Shown piece by piece: positions 1-9,705 of a stretch of 41,984 nucleotides of DNA (position 1 is its first letter; each line of letters starts with the position of its first letter). The DNA lies in the IMG/VR virus record IMGVR_UViG_3300045988_127013. One strand, written 5' to 3'. Both the position numbers and the translations under genes were made by a program. Origin of the DNA: a virus. Below the pieces are notes generated by a model, which was not told the DNA's origin, searched no databases, and worked only from the letters and a program-made list of their open reading frames with translations.

Positions 1-55
1 GCATTGATCATAAATTTCCTGGGATACAGCAATATACTTAAACCGCTAACAAACG
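1..55. repeat. 55-bp terminal redundancy; identical copy at 41930..41984 (circular-assembly overlap or direct terminal repeat)
   Basis: Exact identity of the first 55 nt with the last 55 nt of the window; a 55-nt overlap is typical of a k-mer closure of a circular contig. Confidence 0.9.
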
Positions 56-143
56 AGGCGGTGGCCACACCAACATGCAATCTCCATAGGAGTGCGTGGG
101 TGGCCCTGAGATTGATATGTTTACTCATTATTCGGTTCTACTC

Positions 144-3100
144 CTATTTTTTTCTTATACGGCTCGCGTTAATGAACACCTGTTGCTCCAACTCTTTCTT
201 TAGCTTTGGAGGAATCTCATCGTGCTTTGAGTAATAGTCAGACAGTGCATCACGCACTTTCTCGTTGTACTCAGTGGCGACCCGCCTTGCCCTGTTTTGA
301 TCACCCAGGGTTGCAGCATCACGAGCCTCCTCAAGAGCCTCTTTGCGACCCTTAACCTTATCAATGGCTGAGTAAAAGTCGTAGTATTGCTGCTTGAGTT
401 CTCGAGTTTCCTGTGAATCAACCTTATCTGCCTGTTTGTCTGACAGCGTTGGGAAGCCATCTTTAATCCATTGACGACCAGCTTCTGTGGTATATTGACC
501 GAATATTGTGGCGTTAATCACGCTGTTTTGGTCCATATCCTGTAGATAGCGAAGCTTACCTTTAGAATTACGACTTGCGCCTGTGGTTGTTGATTCATAG
601 CCCTCGGCAGATTTCTTGAGCTGAGTACCAGCTGGAACAATACCAGACCAGTTATCCTCCCAGAATTTATCAAAGCCCTTGCCTTGTAAGGCCTGCATCA
701 ACCCAGTCTTGTTCTTGCCATCACCAAACATAAGTTGCACTAATGGTGATCGATAGATACCGTCACCACCCTTAACCTCTTTTCCGGTCAATGCGCCGAT
801 ATATGGAGCCACCTGGTCGTAGAACGGTATCCATTCTGTCTCACGCATCCCCATAATAGGCTTTAGTGTTTCGGTTAAAAGCGTTGCTACAGCAGCTGCC
901 GCAACAATATTACCCGTTGCCTTAGCGTTTAGTCTGAGCTTACCATCTGCACCGCGCTCAACCATGCCCTTGGCTGTCCTGGCCATAAAGCCAGCCTGCT
1001 TACCGGTAAAGGTTGCAAGTTGTGTCAGGGAGCGAATGCCCTGTCCATTAAAGGCTAATGGCATATCAAGCTTAGATGTCATAAACTGAGTGTCTGTGGT
1101 TTTACGGATGGCATAATTTATTGCCTCTTCACCAACAAGGCCCATGCTCTTTGCCTTAGCTTTTGCACCCGCATACGCAGTCGCACGGAAGAATGTGTCA
1201 GCAGAGGTCGTTAAAGCAAGTAACGCGTTAGCGCCCGCAGAGGCAGCATTAGAGATACGCCCACCAGTGCCATTACCAGCTAATGCTCGTAATTCAGAGC
1301 TAACAAGACCGCCGTCAAATATACCACTACCTCGCAGCTCAGCCCTACCAGCCTTAGTGGATAGCATGCGAATACCGTCAACCAAGCCAACACTGGCCCA
1401 TTTGGTGCCAATACCTGCAATAGAGTTCACAAGCTGTGACGACTGACGTATTGCAGTTGAAACAGACAGACCCATCGTTGCAGCAGCAGAAATCATACGC
1501 TGTGTTCCAAGCGCTTGAGCATAGTAGTTTTTTGGCTCACCACCAAACTTCTGAACAGCCCAGTTCACCATCTGGTTAACCATCACCTCGGCGTTACTCT
1601 TGTTTTGGCCCTTAACCTGTTTAATATAGTTGTCAAGGAAGTCAGCATATTGGGCTGCATTCTTAACCTCATCTTTAGCAAGTTTTAATTGGACAGACAC
1701 ATCATCAAGCTTCTTTAGTGCTGGCTCGATGGTTAGCTTCTCGTTGAGGCCTGAGGCGTAACTTGTTAGAACCTCCATCACATCACGGCTATACGTATCG
1801 GAGTTCGTTTCTCGGCTTTTAAGGTTGCCAAAGTTAATGTCTCCACTAGCCTTGACATCTCCAAAGAAATGTTTGTACAACTCTGAATTGTGTTCTTTGA
1901 TGTGTGGGAAATAAAACTCTTTGAACGTGCGGAATCCCGCCTCATCAAGCAGCTCTTTCTTTTCATCAAGAAATTCTCGGATTAAGGTAGCTGCTTTTTC
2001 ATTCCCCAGGGATAGCGTACTACGCTTACCCTCAAGGTAATCAACAATCTGGTTGAGTTCTTCCTTGCTCTTTGGCAGAACCTCCTTAATTGCTTTGAGC
2101 TTCTCGACATCAGCCTTGTTCATGGCGTTGGCCTTAGCGGTGCCTTTGATTAGCTCAGAGTGAGGATCAAAACCAACATCTCGCAAGCCACCCTTCTCTA
2201 GCATCTGTGACGGTGATGTGGCGCGTGAAGCCGCCATTTCTCTGTCACTTAGCTTCGCCACCGCATCCTTGGTTTTAGCTATCTGGCTTTCGGAGACGAC
2301 CTGAGCAACCTTGTCACGTGCTTCAGGAGAGCGTCTCAGCTCTGCTTCTGGATTAGATGAGTTAGCCACGCGGCTAAGCTCAGCAGAACCATTGTCGAAC
2401 CGCTTGGCCTGTTCCAGGTTATTAACCAGCCTTTCTCGTTGAGCCTTAACCTCAACTTCATCTGGAGCCCTGAACTTATCTGGATTATTGGCGATGAGCA
2501 TGTTTGTGTCATCAACAACCTGCTTGCCCCGCTGGTCTAGTCGGTCTTTAATCTCGTTCCATTTCTCAACCTCTGGAAGGTCCTTTTCACGAACCATCTC
2601 TAGCTCGGCTAGGTCATCCTTGTATTGTGCATCAAGCTTTTGTCGCTCTGCTACGTACCGAGGCTCAGGCATTTGCTGAATTTCCTTTAATCGCTCATTG
2701 TATGCCCTATCCATATCAAGGTGAGCTTGATTGTATTTTCGGTCATTCATTAGTCCATCAAGCATGGTGTTAACCTTACCCTGGTCGTCCAGAACTTCCT
2801 GCGCGGCCGCCTTGAGTTCAACAGGCATATTCTCATTTGCAAAAATCTGAGAGACATGCTTGATGTCTGGCTTCATCGGTCGTGTCGCAGACTCGGGTAT
2901 TTTACCCTCATCAAAGTCCTTAAGCGCTTGCTTAGCCCCCTTAATGTCGTTAGGCAGGCCGTTATCTAGGAAGCTAGCCTTGTCCTTCTGATCGACACGA
3001 AACTGGGCTTCATCGCGAAGCTCCTGGTAGCGCTTATAGTCTGCAGCTCTGTCTGCGGTGCGTTCACCCGCCTGAAACTGCTCTATCTGCCGAGCCAGCT

Positions 3101-4061
3101 CATCGTCGCTAATCTTGGAGAATTGTGTACCAGATGTTGGTGTTGTATTTTCTACATCAACCTTCCCGGCGGCACCGTCAACATTAGCAATATCTCCAGC
3201 ATCGGCCTTCCCCTTTCCGTTCTTGATACGACCAACACCACGACCAATAGCGTAGCCGCCCATATTGAATGCGCCTTGTGTCACAGCAGACATTAGGCCC
3301 TGCTTCGTCCCCTCCTCGAGAGCTTTGCCTAGGTCTCCGGTTTCACCATATGTCTTTGCTGTACCTTTGACAGACTCAAGCCCACCAAATAATGCAGCGT
3401 CCTTAGCAGCCGCCTTGGCAGCGTCCTTAGCTGTGACCTTAACAATCTCGCCTGCCGCGTTACGAGCAACAGAAGAGCCGGCTATAGCCGTAACACCGCC
3501 CTTAAGGAGTGACGTCGGGTTCGCAAACTGTGTAGCGTCCAAGCCAACCTCAAGGGCCTCGCCCGCTACCCGAGCGAAGTCTTTTACGTCTCCCTTGCCA
3601 CTGGCAATCTTGGATGCTGCTTCATCAGCTCCCTTTGTGCCGCTAATGCTTTCGCCACGAATGTCTTTCTGGCTGTGTATTAGGTCGCGTAGCTTTTCGG
3701 TTCCTTCAAGGTTCTTGAGACGACGTTGTTGCTTCTCTTTTTCTGAACCACCCTGCAGCTGGTTAGCAGCTTCATCTAGAAGAGCGCCACCCTGTACCGC
3801 GACATCGGCGACCCTACCGGCGCCCTGTTGCACACCAGCAACCATCTTACTGCCCAAATCACCAGCGCCCTCTAGGAGTTTTTGCCCCCAAGATTTCTTG
3901 TCCTCTTGCTCCTTCTTACGCTTCTCCTCAGCAACACGCTGGCGCTCCTTGGCATCCTCGACCTTGTTCTTATAATCCTCTTCTTCCTTTTCTATCTCTT
4001 CAAGCGACCTTACATTCTTTATTGCGCCACCATAGATTTGCTTAAACAGATCTTCATCCAC
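144..4061 (-). CDS. large virion internal/ejection protein (tape-measure-like), 1305 aa, GTG start
   Basis: Longest ORF, last gene of the structural block; charged coiled-coil N-terminus (EEKRKKEQEDKK), long Ala/Gly-rich segments; size and position resemble podovirus internal core/ejection proteins or tape measure proteins; GGAG RBS 8 nt upstream of the GTG. Confidence 0.5.
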   Translation of the reverse strand: MDEDLFKQIYGGAIKNVRSLEEIEKEEEDYKNKVEDAKERQRVAEEKRKKEQEDKKSWGQKLLEGAGDLGSKMVAGVQQGAGRVADVAVQGGALLDEAANQLQGGSEKEKQQRRLKNLEGTEKLRDLIHSQKDIRGESISGTKGADEAASKIASGKGDVKDFARVAGEALEVGLDATQFANPTSLLKGGVTAIAGSSVARNAAGEIVKVTAKDAAKAAAKDAALFGGLESVKGTAKTYGETGDLGKALEEGTKQGLMSAVTQGAFNMGGYAIGRGVGRIKNGKGKADAGDIANVDGAAGKVDVENTTPTSGTQFSKISDDELARQIEQFQAGERTADRAADYKRYQELRDEAQFRVDQKDKASFLDNGLPNDIKGAKQALKDFDEGKIPESATRPMKPDIKHVSQIFANENMPVELKAAAQEVLDDQGKVNTMLDGLMNDRKYNQAHLDMDRAYNERLKEIQQMPEPRYVAERQKLDAQYKDDLAELEMVREKDLPEVEKWNEIKDRLDQRGKQVVDDTNMLIANNPDKFRAPDEVEVKAQRERLVNNLEQAKRFDNGSAELSRVANSSNPEAELRRSPEARDKVAQVVSESQIAKTKDAVAKLSDREMAASRATSPSQMLEKGGLRDVGFDPHSELIKGTAKANAMNKADVEKLKAIKEVLPKSKEELNQIVDYLEGKRSTLSLGNEKAATLIREFLDEKKELLDEAGFRTFKEFYFPHIKEHNSELYKHFFGDVKASGDINFGNLKSRETNSDTYSRDVMEVLTSYASGLNEKLTIEPALKKLDDVSVQLKLAKDEVKNAAQYADFLDNYIKQVKGQNKSNAEVMVNQMVNWAVQKFGGEPKNYYAQALGTQRMISAAATMGLSVSTAIRQSSQLVNSIAGIGTKWASVGLVDGIRMLSTKAGRAELRGSGIFDGGLVSSELRALAGNGTGGRISNAASAGANALLALTTSADTFFRATAYAGAKAKAKSMGLVGEEAINYAIRKTTDTQFMTSKLDMPLAFNGQGIRSLTQLATFTGKQAGFMARTAKGMVERGADGKLRLNAKATGNIVAAAAVATLLTETLKPIMGMRETEWIPFYDQVAPYIGALTGKEVKGGDGIYRSPLVQLMFGDGKNKTGLMQALQGKGFDKFWEDNWSGIVPAGTQLKKSAEGYESTTTGASRNSKGKLRYLQDMDQNSVINATIFGQYTTEAGRQWIKDGFPTLSDKQADKVDSQETRELKQQYYDFYSAIDKVKGRKEALEEARDAATLGDQNRARRVATEYNEKVRDALSDYYSKHDEIPPKLKKELEQQVFINASRIRKK

Positions 4062-4073
4062 TGCTATAACTCC

Positions 4074-4814
4074 TTATCCATAATAATATTTCCAGCCCTT
4101 ACTGTTAAAATCTTTCTGAGCCTCTTCTGGCACATATTTCCAAAACTCCTTGGCGAATTGGTGTGTGTCCCCACCGGCGAGACGATACGCATCACGTGCC
4201 AACTGGAATGCGTTAGCGGAAACACCACCCTTAGAAGCTGCCGCACCAATAATACTCATAGCTGATTCATACGGAGATAGCTTCTTAGGCGCCTTGCCCG
4301 CCCTAGCAAGGGCATTCTGGCTTGCTGTGAAGCTACGCTGTGCTGCGGCCTGTCGCTCCTGGAATTGGCGCTGCTTCTCAGATTCTCGGGCTTGGAACTC
4401 CTGCTGTGCAATCATTTGATTCCATGAGTTGAGGTCGCTCTGCTGCTTGTCGACGCGGCTCTGCGCACCAAGGCGCTGCTCCTTATCGATGCCAGCTAGC
4501 TGTCCTTGCAGGTTTAGATCTTCCTCATTCTGCTGGAAGTCTGCTTGCTGTAAACCCGGCAGGAACTTAGTTGATAAATATCGGGCCTGCTCATCCTGTG
4601 GTATGCCGCTAAATGAAGCGCCGCGTCCTGTGGCCTGATTATTGATAGCGTTAAACCCCTCACCCCTAGCTGCATAAATTCCTGCACGCTGAGCTTCATA
4701 TTTACCTGGTAGAGCTTGTTGCCTTTTTGCTACCATATCACGGCTTGCAGCATAGGCTGGATCTAAATCCCTCATCGCCTCGGCAAGTGTTTGTACTCTC
4801 GGTGCTGTCGCCAT
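4074..4814 (-). CDS. Gln-rich virion-associated protein (hypothetical), 246 aa
   Basis: ORF in structural block directly upstream of the 1305-aa gene; Q/E-rich, predicted coiled coil; ATG start, preceded by a promoter-like element. Confidence 0.5.
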   Translation of the reverse strand: MATAPRVQTLAEAMRDLDPAYAASRDMVAKRQQALPGKYEAQRAGIYAARGEGFNAINNQATGRGASFSGIPQDEQARYLSTKFLPGLQQADFQQNEEDLNLQGQLAGIDKEQRLGAQSRVDKQQSDLNSWNQMIAQQEFQARESEKQRQFQERQAAAQRSFTASQNALARAGKAPKKLSPYESAMSIIGAAASKGGVSANAFQLARDAYRLAGGDTHQFAKEFWKYVPEEAQKDFNSKGWKYYYG

Positions 4815-4841
4815 TTATATTCCTTTTTATTTATTCTATTG

Positions 4842-4872
4842 TTTATATAATATTTGTTGTAATTTTGTCAAT
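4842..4872 (-). promoter_or_regulatory. sigma70-like promoter (TTGACA ... TATAAA) on minus strand ahead of the 246-aa and 1305-aa genes
   Basis: Reverse complement reads TTGACA-aaattacaacaaatatta-TATAAA in the AT-rich 60-nt intergenic gap; spacer contains the TACAACA motif. Confidence 0.4.
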
Positions 4873-4874
4873 AT

Positions 4875-5327
4875 TTAAGCTGTATTTGGTGGTACGATAT
4901 ATACAGAGATTTTCATTTTCCATTCCGCCACTGGAACAGTTAATATCTTAGATGAATTATTAAATATCTTAATAGCTGACCTTACAGAACGCCCTGATTG
5001 TAATGCAAATGGAAAAAAATATATACCAACAGGGTTATGTCCACCCGCCTGTGATGTTGAAACCGCAAAGCCACCTTTTCTTATAGACCCAGGTTGTAAA
5101 TTGCCTGTTGCGATACTAGAATGCACTTGTGGTAAACTAGGTACAATCCAAGAGGCAACAGGTGTCGAACGTGCATTACCAATATCATGATAATCTCCAT
5201 AAATCGTCATAGACGCATTTGGAGCAATCTGCACACCTGGTGTAGTGAGTGTTTCCTTGTACGAGTTTAGTAGTCCATTAACGGTATAATCACTGTGAAA
5301 TATGAAGTCATTCGGGTTAATAGCCAT
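4875..5327 (-). CDS. small structural protein, paralog 3 of a tandem triplet (150 aa)
   Basis: N-terminus MAINPNDFIFHSDY shares the motif NPxD[FY]xF.S[DE] with the two upstream ORFs; overlapping/coupled starts. Confidence 0.55.
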   Translation of the reverse strand: MAINPNDFIFHSDYTVNGLLNSYKETLTTPGVQIAPNASMTIYGDYHDIGNARSTPVASWIVPSLPQVHSSIATGNLQPGSIRKGGFAVSTSQAGGHNPVGIYFFPFALQSGRSVRSAIKIFNNSSKILTVPVAEWKMKISVYIVPPNTA

Positions 5328-5598
5328 ACACCCTCCATATCAGCTTAGACGGCGCCATTGTCGCACTAGATATAAGTTCGCCCCTATGGTTAATATATGC
5401 ACCAGAATCTTTAGAAATAACTGTTTCACCCCCCCGTTGTGATTCTTCGTATACCAACCAATCATTATCTAATGTAATCCCAGTTGCTAGAACCTTCTGA
5501 CCAAAGTCTCCATCAGCAACATTAGTACTGCCAGAGCTAATTATTGGAGGGTATTGAAAATCACTGTAAAAGATATAGTCTTGCGGATTCGTAATCAT
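5317..5598 (-). CDS. small structural protein, paralog 2 (93 aa)
   Basis: N-terminus MITNPQDYIFYSDFQY; overlaps neighbours by 11 nt and 4 nt (translational coupling). Confidence 0.55.
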   Translation of the reverse strand: MITNPQDYIFYSDFQYPPIISSGSTNVADGDFGQKVLATGITLDNDWLVYEESQRGGETVISKDSGAYINHRGELISSATMAPSKLIWRVYGY

Positions 5599-5930
5599 AT
5601 TTTAATACCAACTGCCCTATAATAAAGTTTAGTTACACCGGCTGGTGCTTGAAGAAATATTCTGATCTTACCTGAGTAAGAACGTGAACTAATGGATAGG
5701 TCTGTGCTAGTTCCAGTTCCATATCTTGGAGAATCCTCCGAATACCATGATTGGCCATCGACACTGACCGAAGCCTGAACCAACATTAGCTCTGAGGTAT
5801 ATGGCACCTCGATATCTACGTAGTTGCCGGTTGTACCAGTAGGGTAGACAGTGCTATCCTCTTTTGCGAAAACAACCCTGTCAATCGTCCCCTCTGATAA
5901 AAAGTTAAAGTCTGTAGACTGTAGCGCCAT
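5595..5930 (-). CDS. small structural protein, paralog 1 (111 aa)
   Basis: N-terminus MALQSTDFNFLSEG, same conserved N-terminal motif; ATGA overlap with next gene. Confidence 0.55.
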   Translation of the reverse strand: MALQSTDFNFLSEGTIDRVVFAKEDSTVYPTGTTGNYVDIEVPYTSELMLVQASVSVDGQSWYSEDSPRYGTGTSTDLSISSRSYSGKIRIFLQAPAGVTKLYYRAVGIKI

Positions 5931-5931
5931 A

Positions 5932-6150
5932 TCACTTCTCTAATGCTTCTAGGACATCAACGCCCTTTTTTGAGATAGCCACAACATAGTTGCCTTTGGG
6001 CGCACGGCCGATGAGGATGCGGTTTTTACCGTCCTCATCTTTAATGACCTGTGTGCGGTTCTCGGACTCGATTTGCCTGAACATGTCATTAATTGTCGCG
6101 GTTAAGGTTGCCATATCCATATTTGGTGTCAGCTGAATCGATGATAGCAT
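5932..6150 (-). CDS. hypothetical small structural-block protein (72 aa)
   Basis: ORF tightly packed between structural genes. Confidence 0.45.
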   Translation of the reverse strand: MLSSIQLTPNMDMATLTATINDMFRQIESENRTQVIKDEDGKNRILIGRAPKGNYVVAISKKGVDVLEALEK

Positions 6151-6152
6151 AT

Positions 6153-6644
6153 CTACCTCTCAAACGTTATTGTCCACGTCACCTTAAGTGGTGCTTGGTG
6201 GCTGTACTTGTTCTGATAGTTAAAGGATATTTTGTTCGGATAGTACTGCGAGAAGCCAATACTGATTGCCTGATCTGTCGCCGCGACATAACACCCCACA
6301 ATATTTGCAGCGGTGCAACCTGATGGGAACGATATGTCTGTGTGCAGGTATCCGAAGATATTGCCAGCAGCCGTCTGGTCAAATGTACCAGTTCTCGTGT
6401 ATCGCTTATATCCACCGTAGTCCGTCACCAGCCAACCGTCTTGGTCGTATTCCCGCTTAACGAGAAGTTTGTCGCTTGTGATCGCCTGTGGAGCAATCTT
6501 CTCGCGGGTCACCGCCGAGTTCTTGAGATTGGCAGAGTCAATATTGCCGTTAAACTCACCGTAGATTTTACCGAACCTCTCGTTGATAGAGTTAGCAGAA
6601 GCCTCCTGCCCGTCCTCTATCTGTGCGTAGCTTATAAGACCCAT
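6153..6644 (-). CDS. hypothetical virion protein (164 aa; start trimmed to ATG with AGGAGG RBS)
   Basis: Listed ORF 6153..6695 overlaps the upstream gene; internal ATG at 6644 is preceded by AGGAGG at 6-nt spacing. Confidence 0.5.
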   Translation of the reverse strand: MGLISYAQIEDGQEASANSINERFGKIYGEFNGNIDSANLKNSAVTREKIAPQAITSDKLLVKREYDQDGWLVTDYGGYKRYTRTGTFDQTAAGNIFGYLHTDISFPSGCTAANIVGCYVAATDQAISIGFSQYYPNKISFNYQNKYSHQAPLKVTWTITFER

Positions 6645-6654
6645 GAGTAACCTC

Positions 6655-9057
6655 CTAAAGCCTCTTAGATTTATATGAATATTGTGCGCCAACAAATGCC
6701 ACCCGGTTATTTACACCCCGCCTGGAGACGCGTAGCTGCCAGTAGTATGCGTATCCTGAGTAGCTCTGTCGCTTCGGCTTGAACGACTTGCTGCCTCCAT
6801 ATATAGTGCCGTCACCCCATTTGAACTCGCCCCACTTAGCACCATTGGTTGTCAGCAACTGCTCTTTAACTTTCGGGCTGTCCTCAAAGTCTTTATCCAT
6901 GGCTAGGTTTATTCTAAATGTGTTATCGACACCCTGCAGGATCGGGTAGAACCTACGTATACGCTTACGCTGCATCGGGCTCTTCATGCTGTCGTACTTG
7001 AGCCGATACTCGAAGTCGATGGGAGCACCAAGACTGTGATAGTGCTTCTCTGCGAGATATGCCGTGGCTGTTAGCGAACTGAACTCAGCCAACTGGTGGT
7101 CGTCATCCGCATCGTTATAGTACAGCGCACGGTTAACCCATGTATCAGTGTCTAACATCAACTCTTTTAAATCCTTGTCAAAGACAACACATAAGTCATT
7201 GTCAGCGGATCCGTTAGACGACATGTAGAAGCGCACCTGATTCTTCCATATCACTGGAGTGATCTTGGTCTTCTGATTGCAACCATCAAATAGCGGGTTA
7301 ATAAGGGTAGATAACTTTTGGTCGCTGGAGCCGTTGTAAACATAAAACCCGTCGTCCGAGACAAAGTAGATAGAGTTTTCATCATACACAACGCCCCTTT
7401 GACTTATTGCGCCCTTGTTACCGGTTGACTGCCTAAGGGAGAAGCTACCACGGTCATAGCCACTAAGGATGTACTTGTTGTCCTGTGTGAACACAACCAG
7501 CGTGTCTTGGAATGACACCAGTGATGTGACAGGGGATCCGTTGTGCGGCCGAGGAACGTACCAGTAACTGACAGATAACCATGCGTGGTACCATTGCTCT
7601 CTCGATGTGGTCGGGATTTTACCCGTCGGGTCATAGGCTGGGTTGCCCGGGTTCTCCGAGAATACAAGCTTATTTGGGTCACTTGCCACAACGCCCCATA
7701 GCCGGTCTTTGTGCATGATGATGTCTGACAATATCGGCAGCTCTGGGTCTGTTATGTATTCGATACCAGTGTCTATGATGCTAATATCGTCAATGTAGAA
7801 GTTGGTGGAATCAGCCTTGAAGTCGACTGTAGTAACGTCGGCCGTAGGAGTGAAGTAGAACTCCATCTTTGTCCATGCCTCCGGGACGGGTCGGCTTGTG
7901 CCCTGTAGCACTGCGGAGTTGTTGTTGACTGTTAAGAATATGTTACCGGATGCGGATGAACCCTTCACCCAGTAGCTCATCTTGTAGCGCCTATCCTTGA
8001 ATAGCATCATTGCCAGCGAAACACCTCGCTGCCCGCCAGCGGCAGAAACAAGTAGAGACGCCGGAGCACTTTTGTAGTCTGACACGCTCCTAGCTATCGC
8101 CGAACCAGCGGTTGCTGTATACCCACCGGTGTTAACCTCAAAGCTAGGATTGGGCACAGTGTTCTGCGCCTCAGACTCTATTGTCCCATCCCATGCAGTG
8201 AGCTGGTCGTAGCCATTAACCCAGAACACCTTGTTGTCTCCACTGGTGAACCTATATTCATTGGCGTGCGGGCTAAGACCTGAAATGATCTCCACTAGAT
8301 TACCACTGGCTTCATCAATGCGGTACATAGAAGTGCCATATGCCACCAGTGTTGTGTTCTGTCCGTTGTCTCGAGCAAACCGGTAAGCGCCCTTGTCCGT
8401 TTCGCTAGGCGCTGAGTAGATTTTATAGTTAAGTGAATACGGCTGATGTTGTAATTGTGACAACGCTGAGTCTGTCTTATACGCCCCGCTCCCAGTGGTT
8501 GTTGCCGACAGCTTATAGAATCCCTTGCCATCGTCCTGTATATTGATTACAACCCAGTATTTGCTATTTGCATTCAATGCTGGGGCTTGTATGAATCGTG
8601 CTGGTAAATACTTAGGTGTTTTGCCGATGTCGCCACCCTGTATCGAAGACTCTGCTAGTAGCCGACCCGGCTTGCCTTTGTCGTCAGTATATACACCAAC
8701 CATGAGCGGCCCCGTGGCACCACCATCATTTGAAACATTAAGCTCAACGGCCGTGAGACGCTCTGTACGCGACGCTGTGAACTGAATGGCATGGACACCC
8801 AGAATTGCACCAACGTCCACGAGAGAGCCTCCTGTGACGTCAGAGAGGCTATCTAGCAGTGTTTCTCGTAGTTGCTTGGTGTAATACCCCGGCCCCTTGC
8901 GTGAACTAACTGCCACCCGTCGGTCGTCACTCTGTTGTGCGTATAGGCGGAAGTTTTTGGAGTATGGTGTATGCCCATTGCTGATAAGGTCAACCGGTGT
9001 GACCATATCAAGCCCACGCAGGTCGAGCACGGATGACATTAGTTCTTTTCTTGCCAT
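6655..9057 (-). CDS. large tail structural protein (tail tube/nozzle B-like or tailspike-like), 800 aa
   Basis: 800-aa ORF after capsid/fiber genes; size and position resemble the podovirus tail tubular protein B; beta-rich, Gly/Ser/Thr/Tyr-rich; no catalytic motif recognised. Confidence 0.45.
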   Translation of the reverse strand: MARKELMSSVLDLRGLDMVTPVDLISNGHTPYSKNFRLYAQQSDDRRVAVSSRKGPGYYTKQLRETLLDSLSDVTGGSLVDVGAILGVHAIQFTASRTERLTAVELNVSNDGGATGPLMVGVYTDDKGKPGRLLAESSIQGGDIGKTPKYLPARFIQAPALNANSKYWVVINIQDDGKGFYKLSATTTGSGAYKTDSALSQLQHQPYSLNYKIYSAPSETDKGAYRFARDNGQNTTLVAYGTSMYRIDEASGNLVEIISGLSPHANEYRFTSGDNKVFWVNGYDQLTAWDGTIESEAQNTVPNPSFEVNTGGYTATAGSAIARSVSDYKSAPASLLVSAAGGQRGVSLAMMLFKDRRYKMSYWVKGSSASGNIFLTVNNNSAVLQGTSRPVPEAWTKMEFYFTPTADVTTVDFKADSTNFYIDDISIIDTGIEYITDPELPILSDIIMHKDRLWGVVASDPNKLVFSENPGNPAYDPTGKIPTTSREQWYHAWLSVSYWYVPRPHNGSPVTSLVSFQDTLVVFTQDNKYILSGYDRGSFSLRQSTGNKGAISQRGVVYDENSIYFVSDDGFYVYNGSSDQKLSTLINPLFDGCNQKTKITPVIWKNQVRFYMSSNGSADNDLCVVFDKDLKELMLDTDTWVNRALYYNDADDDHQLAEFSSLTATAYLAEKHYHSLGAPIDFEYRLKYDSMKSPMQRKRIRRFYPILQGVDNTFRINLAMDKDFEDSPKVKEQLLTTNGAKWGEFKWGDGTIYGGSKSFKPKRQSYSGYAYYWQLRVSRRGVNNRVAFVGAQYSYKSKRL

Positions 9058-9061
9058 TTAT

Positions 9062-9697
9062 TTATGTCCTTATTTGTTTATTCTTCATTATGATCGGGCC
9101 GTCTGCCTCGCGGTAGCCGTATCTGTTGACCAGCTGTGACAGGATGTTCTGATACTGTCCCTCAACGGCGTTACCGAGATCGAAGTCCTCGTTTCTGTCT
9201 AGGATGCGCTTATATGCACCCAGTACAAGTAACTCCTCGAATTCCTCTGGAAGCTCTGGAACATCTGTATCCTGCTCTAGCCTTTTGGGCTTTTTAATGT
9301 AGTACATCGTCATTGTATATTCTTTGTCTGTTGGTGCAGACAGCAGAATGTTGTTTGAGTACAATGCCCACATACCCGGAGCGGATGCTGGTGCATTCGC
9401 CACATCGGGATTCCGCTGGATGAACTCACGCCACCGGACCTGCATCTTGCTAAAGCCGGGGACACCGGCTAGTGTCTGTGATTGCATCAGCGCCAAATCA
9501 TCCGGCAGCTGAAACATCGAAGCGCCGGCCGGGATAGTTCCCTGAAATATCTTCTCCTGAAACGGCAGTTCAAACTGGTTATATATGTTGCGCAGTGTGT
9601 CGTTGATAAAGTTATCAACCACCTCCGGTTCAAACTCATCATCATCGAGCTTATCAACCAGAACACGCTTTCTTATTCCTGCTAAATTATATGCCAT
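9062..9697 (-). CDS. virion structural protein (possible tail tubular A / head-tail adaptor), 211 aa
   Basis: Position immediately upstream of the 800-aa tail gene; function inferred from synteny only. Confidence 0.4.
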   Translation of the reverse strand: MAYNLAGIRKRVLVDKLDDDEFEPEVVDNFINDTLRNIYNQFELPFQEKIFQGTIPAGASMFQLPDDLALMQSQTLAGVPGFSKMQVRWREFIQRNPDVANAPASAPGMWALYSNNILLSAPTDKEYTMTMYYIKKPKRLEQDTDVPELPEEFEELLVLGAYKRILDRNEDFDLGNAVEGQYQNILSQLVNRYGYREADGPIIMKNKQIRT

Positions 9698-9705
9698 GTC
9701 CTAAC

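Noticed and set aside
4-234. Plus-strand ORF of 76 aa at the window start
   Set aside because: Lies partly antisense to the 1305-aa gene and partly in the duplicated end; no RBS; likely spurious.
3265-3975. 236-aa Ala/Ser/Pro-rich ORF on the plus strand
   Set aside because: Entirely antisense to the well-supported 1305-aa gene; composition typical of reverse-frame artefacts of Ala/Gly-rich genes.
7404-8531. Internal minus-strand ORFs of 95 and 78 aa nested inside the 800-aa tail gene
   Set aside because: Same strand but different frame inside a long well-supported ORF; no RBS; typical nested artefacts.
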